Part shown: positions 61,380-64,000 of the stretch, one piece after another
Layout of the letters: every line of letters begins with the position of its first letter
Numbering within the stretch: position 1 is the stretch's first letter
Program-made: the position numbers and the translations under genes
Assembly (NCBI GenBank): GCA_013265495.1
Contig: MU058531.1
Coordinates: 1,610,911 to 1,674,910 of the forward strand
Direction of reading: 5' to 3'
Length of the DNA: 64,000 bases
DNA from: Vicugna vicugna
Lineage: Eukaryota
Notes under the pieces: model-generated
Database searches by the model: none
What the model was told of the DNA's origin: nothing
Seen by the model: only the letters and a program-made list of their open reading frames with translations

Positions 61380-64000
61380 AATTTTTAAAAAAGGAAAAGA
61401 GGTAATGTTATATGTATGGAAGGGAAAACTCAACCAAGAACACAGTCATGAATAATTATGCACCAAATAGCATCAAAATAGATAAAACCAAAGCTGCTAG
61501 AAACACAGCAGAGAAAAGTCCAAAATTGCAACCATAATAGGAGTCTTTAACATACTCTTTCTTCTTAATAGATCTAATTAACAGAAGCAAACATGGTTAA
61601 TGTATAGAAGTATAATTGAAAGCTTGCGTTAATATAAACCATACTTTGTACCCATAAATTTTAAATTGCATTACATCCTACTCAACAAGAAAAATCTCCA
61701 TACATTCCAAAAGCTAAAAAATTGTACAGGCTATATTTCCTAATCACAATGCAGTTAATAAAAGGAAAAACAAAAAAGTAAACCATTTGGAATTATTAAA
61801 TACTATCTTAAATAATTTTGGCCACAAAAGTATATTAAATTGCAGTTACAGACGTTTTAGGAAATAATTAGAACACTACATATCTAAACTTGTGGAGAAA
61901 AGTACTCTGGAAAATATGAAGCCTCAGGTATTTATATTAAACAAACAAAAATCAAAATAAATTATATAGCTCAGTCAAGGAGCTGTAAAAAGCACCAAAA
62001 AATAAATTTAAGGAAAGTATAAGGAAAGACAGAATGCAGCCACTCACAGCATAATCAATTCAAAGTATCAGTTATTTTCAGAAATGGTTCATTTTTAAAG
62101 ATGAAGAAAATTTACATCTGGCAAATATAATCAAGGTAGAAGAAAGAACACCAAGGTACAACCTAAGGAAAGAGAAAGGAGATACAAACACAAATAAGTT
62201 TCTTTAATCTCTATTTTCTGGATACATACTTTACATATATATATATATCATATGTGTGTGCATATATAATATATGTATATAACAAAATGTTTGATAAAAA
62301 GGTGATGAGCCTAGTAGGATAATAACCAAAGGGGGAAGTTTTTCAATGTGTCAAAAAAAATCCCCCTCAAACATACCAGATTATAGTCCCATGTGGTTTC
62401 ACAGATGGGTTCTTACAAATCTCAAAGAAGAATACATAATTTATATGCTAAAGAATATAGGAAAAAGGGAATGTTTCCCAATTCATTTTACCAGATGATA
62501 TTATCTTGATATTTAAACTTGAAAAAAATGCAAAAAATATAATTATCTAATATATAGAGATTCAAAATCCTAAATAAAATACTGGAAGTTGAAATCCAGA
62601 AGTATATTTTTAGAGTCTTAATTTATAATTCAATTAATGTAATTCATATGTTAACAAACTAAAAATGTAAACGCCATATGATCATTTTAACACACACAGA
62701 AAAAAGCATCTGACATCTAAATCTCAGCAAACTAGGAATAGAAGGAAACTTTATCAACACAATAAAAAAAACTATGAGAAATCTACAACTAAGATCAAAC
62801 TCAGTGGTGAAAGTCTAACTGTTTGCCACCTAAGATNNNNNNNNNNNNNNNNNNNNNNNNNNNNNNNNNNNNNNNNNNNNNNNNNNNNNNNNNNNNNNNN
62901 NNNNNNNNNNNNNNNNNNNNNNNNNNNNNNNNNNNNNNNNNNNNNNNNNNNNNNNNNNNNNNNNNNNNNNNNNNNNNNNNNNNNNCATGTTTGTCTAATG
63001 TAAAAATATGATGGAATCTGCAAAAAAGAAAAAGCCACTAGAAATAATAAAGTCATTTAGCAACATTGCAGGAAAGAAGATTAATACATACAAATCCACT
63101 GTATTTTCATATATACTAGCAATGAACGATTAAAACTGAAATTTCAAAGTGTGAGAAAAATATTAAAGAAGGACTAAATACATACCACGTCCCTGAGTTG
63201 GAAAGTTCAATGTTGTTGAGATGAAGATTTTTCCCATAGTGGTCTAAGGATTCAATGCAATCCCAATCAAATGTCAGCATTTTTTTTCCTTAGAAATTTA
63301 CAAGATAATTCTGAAATTCACAAGGAAATGTAAAGGATTTAGAATAGCCAAAACAACTCTGAAAAAGAACAAAGTTTGAGGACTAACACTCGCTGACTTA
63401 TTAAATTAAGATTTATTAAACTGCTACAATAATCAACACAGTATGGTATGGCTTAAAGATAGATAAATTGATCTATGAAACAGAACAGAGAATCCAGAGG
63501 AAAAAATACATGGGCAACCTGTGTTTGACAGAGGTATAAAGAGGTTAAAAAAATTCTTCAAAGAGTAGTCTTTTCAACAAAAGGTGCTGGAAGACTTGAA
63601 TACCGTATGCAAAAAATGTCAACAACTCATTTATACCTTGCACCATATACAAAGATGAACTCAAAACAGATCATAGACCTAAACATAAAACCTGAAAGTA
63701 TAAAACTTTTAGAAGAAAATGTAGGATAATATCTCCGTGACCTTGGATTGGGCAAAGATTTCTCAAATATGATTTTAAAGCACAATCCATAAAAGAAAAA
63801 GATTGATAAGCTGGGTTTCATCAAAGTTAAAAACTTTAATTCTGCAAAAGACACTGTTAAGAAATGAAAAAGACAAGCCACAGACAGGGAGAGAATATTT
63901 ATAAAGCATATACCTGATGAAAGATTTATGTCCAGAATATATAAAGAATTCTCAAAATTCGACAGTAAAAAAGCAAAGAACCCAATTTTTTTTAACAGGC
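61380..64000 (+). pseudogene. Decayed LINE-1 ORF2 remnant (old L1M; endonuclease-to-RT and C-terminal region), many stops and frameshifts
   Basis: L1 ORF2 motifs: atgatcattttaa...gaaaaaagcat, aaactaggaatagaaggaaactt, tagaatagccaaaacaactctgaaaaagaacaaagtt, ttcatcaaagttaaaaactttaattctgcaaaagacactgttaag. Confidence 0.85.
62837..62985. other. N-run (149 nt) inside L1 ORF2
   Basis: Direct count. Confidence 0.99.

Noticed and set aside
1-64000. Neighbouring genes (HECTD2, TNKS2), processed pseudogenes, sn/sno/miRNA genes, CRISPR or prokaryotic systems
   Set aside because: No exon, RNA-gene or array sequence that I recognise; in human the neighbouring genes lie more than 100 kb away.

Overview
Mammalian genomic DNA, most likely from a camelid (alpaca/llama/camel lineage), inferred from seven tRNA-Ala-derived Vic-1-type SINEs and camelid-type LINE-1 3' ends. 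The only supported protein-coding gene is PPP1R3C (PTG/R5, glycogen-targeting subunit of PP1) on the minus strand. It has a 14-nt coding exon 1 (6126-6139), a 2,044-nt GT-AG intron, coding exon 2 (3154-4081; 313 aa in total), a ~1.5 kb 3' UTR ending after AATAAA at 1651-1656, and a CpG-island promoter. The remaining ~57 kb is upstream intergenic DNA filled with MIR, L2, old L1M, MaLR/ERVL solo LTRs, hAT MITEs and younger L1/Vic-1 insertions. All other ORF-track entries look spurious. I found no new coding system. The most unusual observations are: (1) a Vic-1 SINE split by a short L1 3' end carrying an ancient Tigger1 fragment, which looks like an L1 3' transduction (47761-48170); (2) a PPP1R3C protein with a 4-aa deletion and several changes at normally conserved positions; (3) a compact FoxO+NBRE composite in a repeat-poor upstream block; (4) N-runs lying over the most conserved parts of L1s, which suggests masking rather than real gaps. 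Repeat family names and orthologue comparisons come from recalled consensus/protein sequences, not from database searches.
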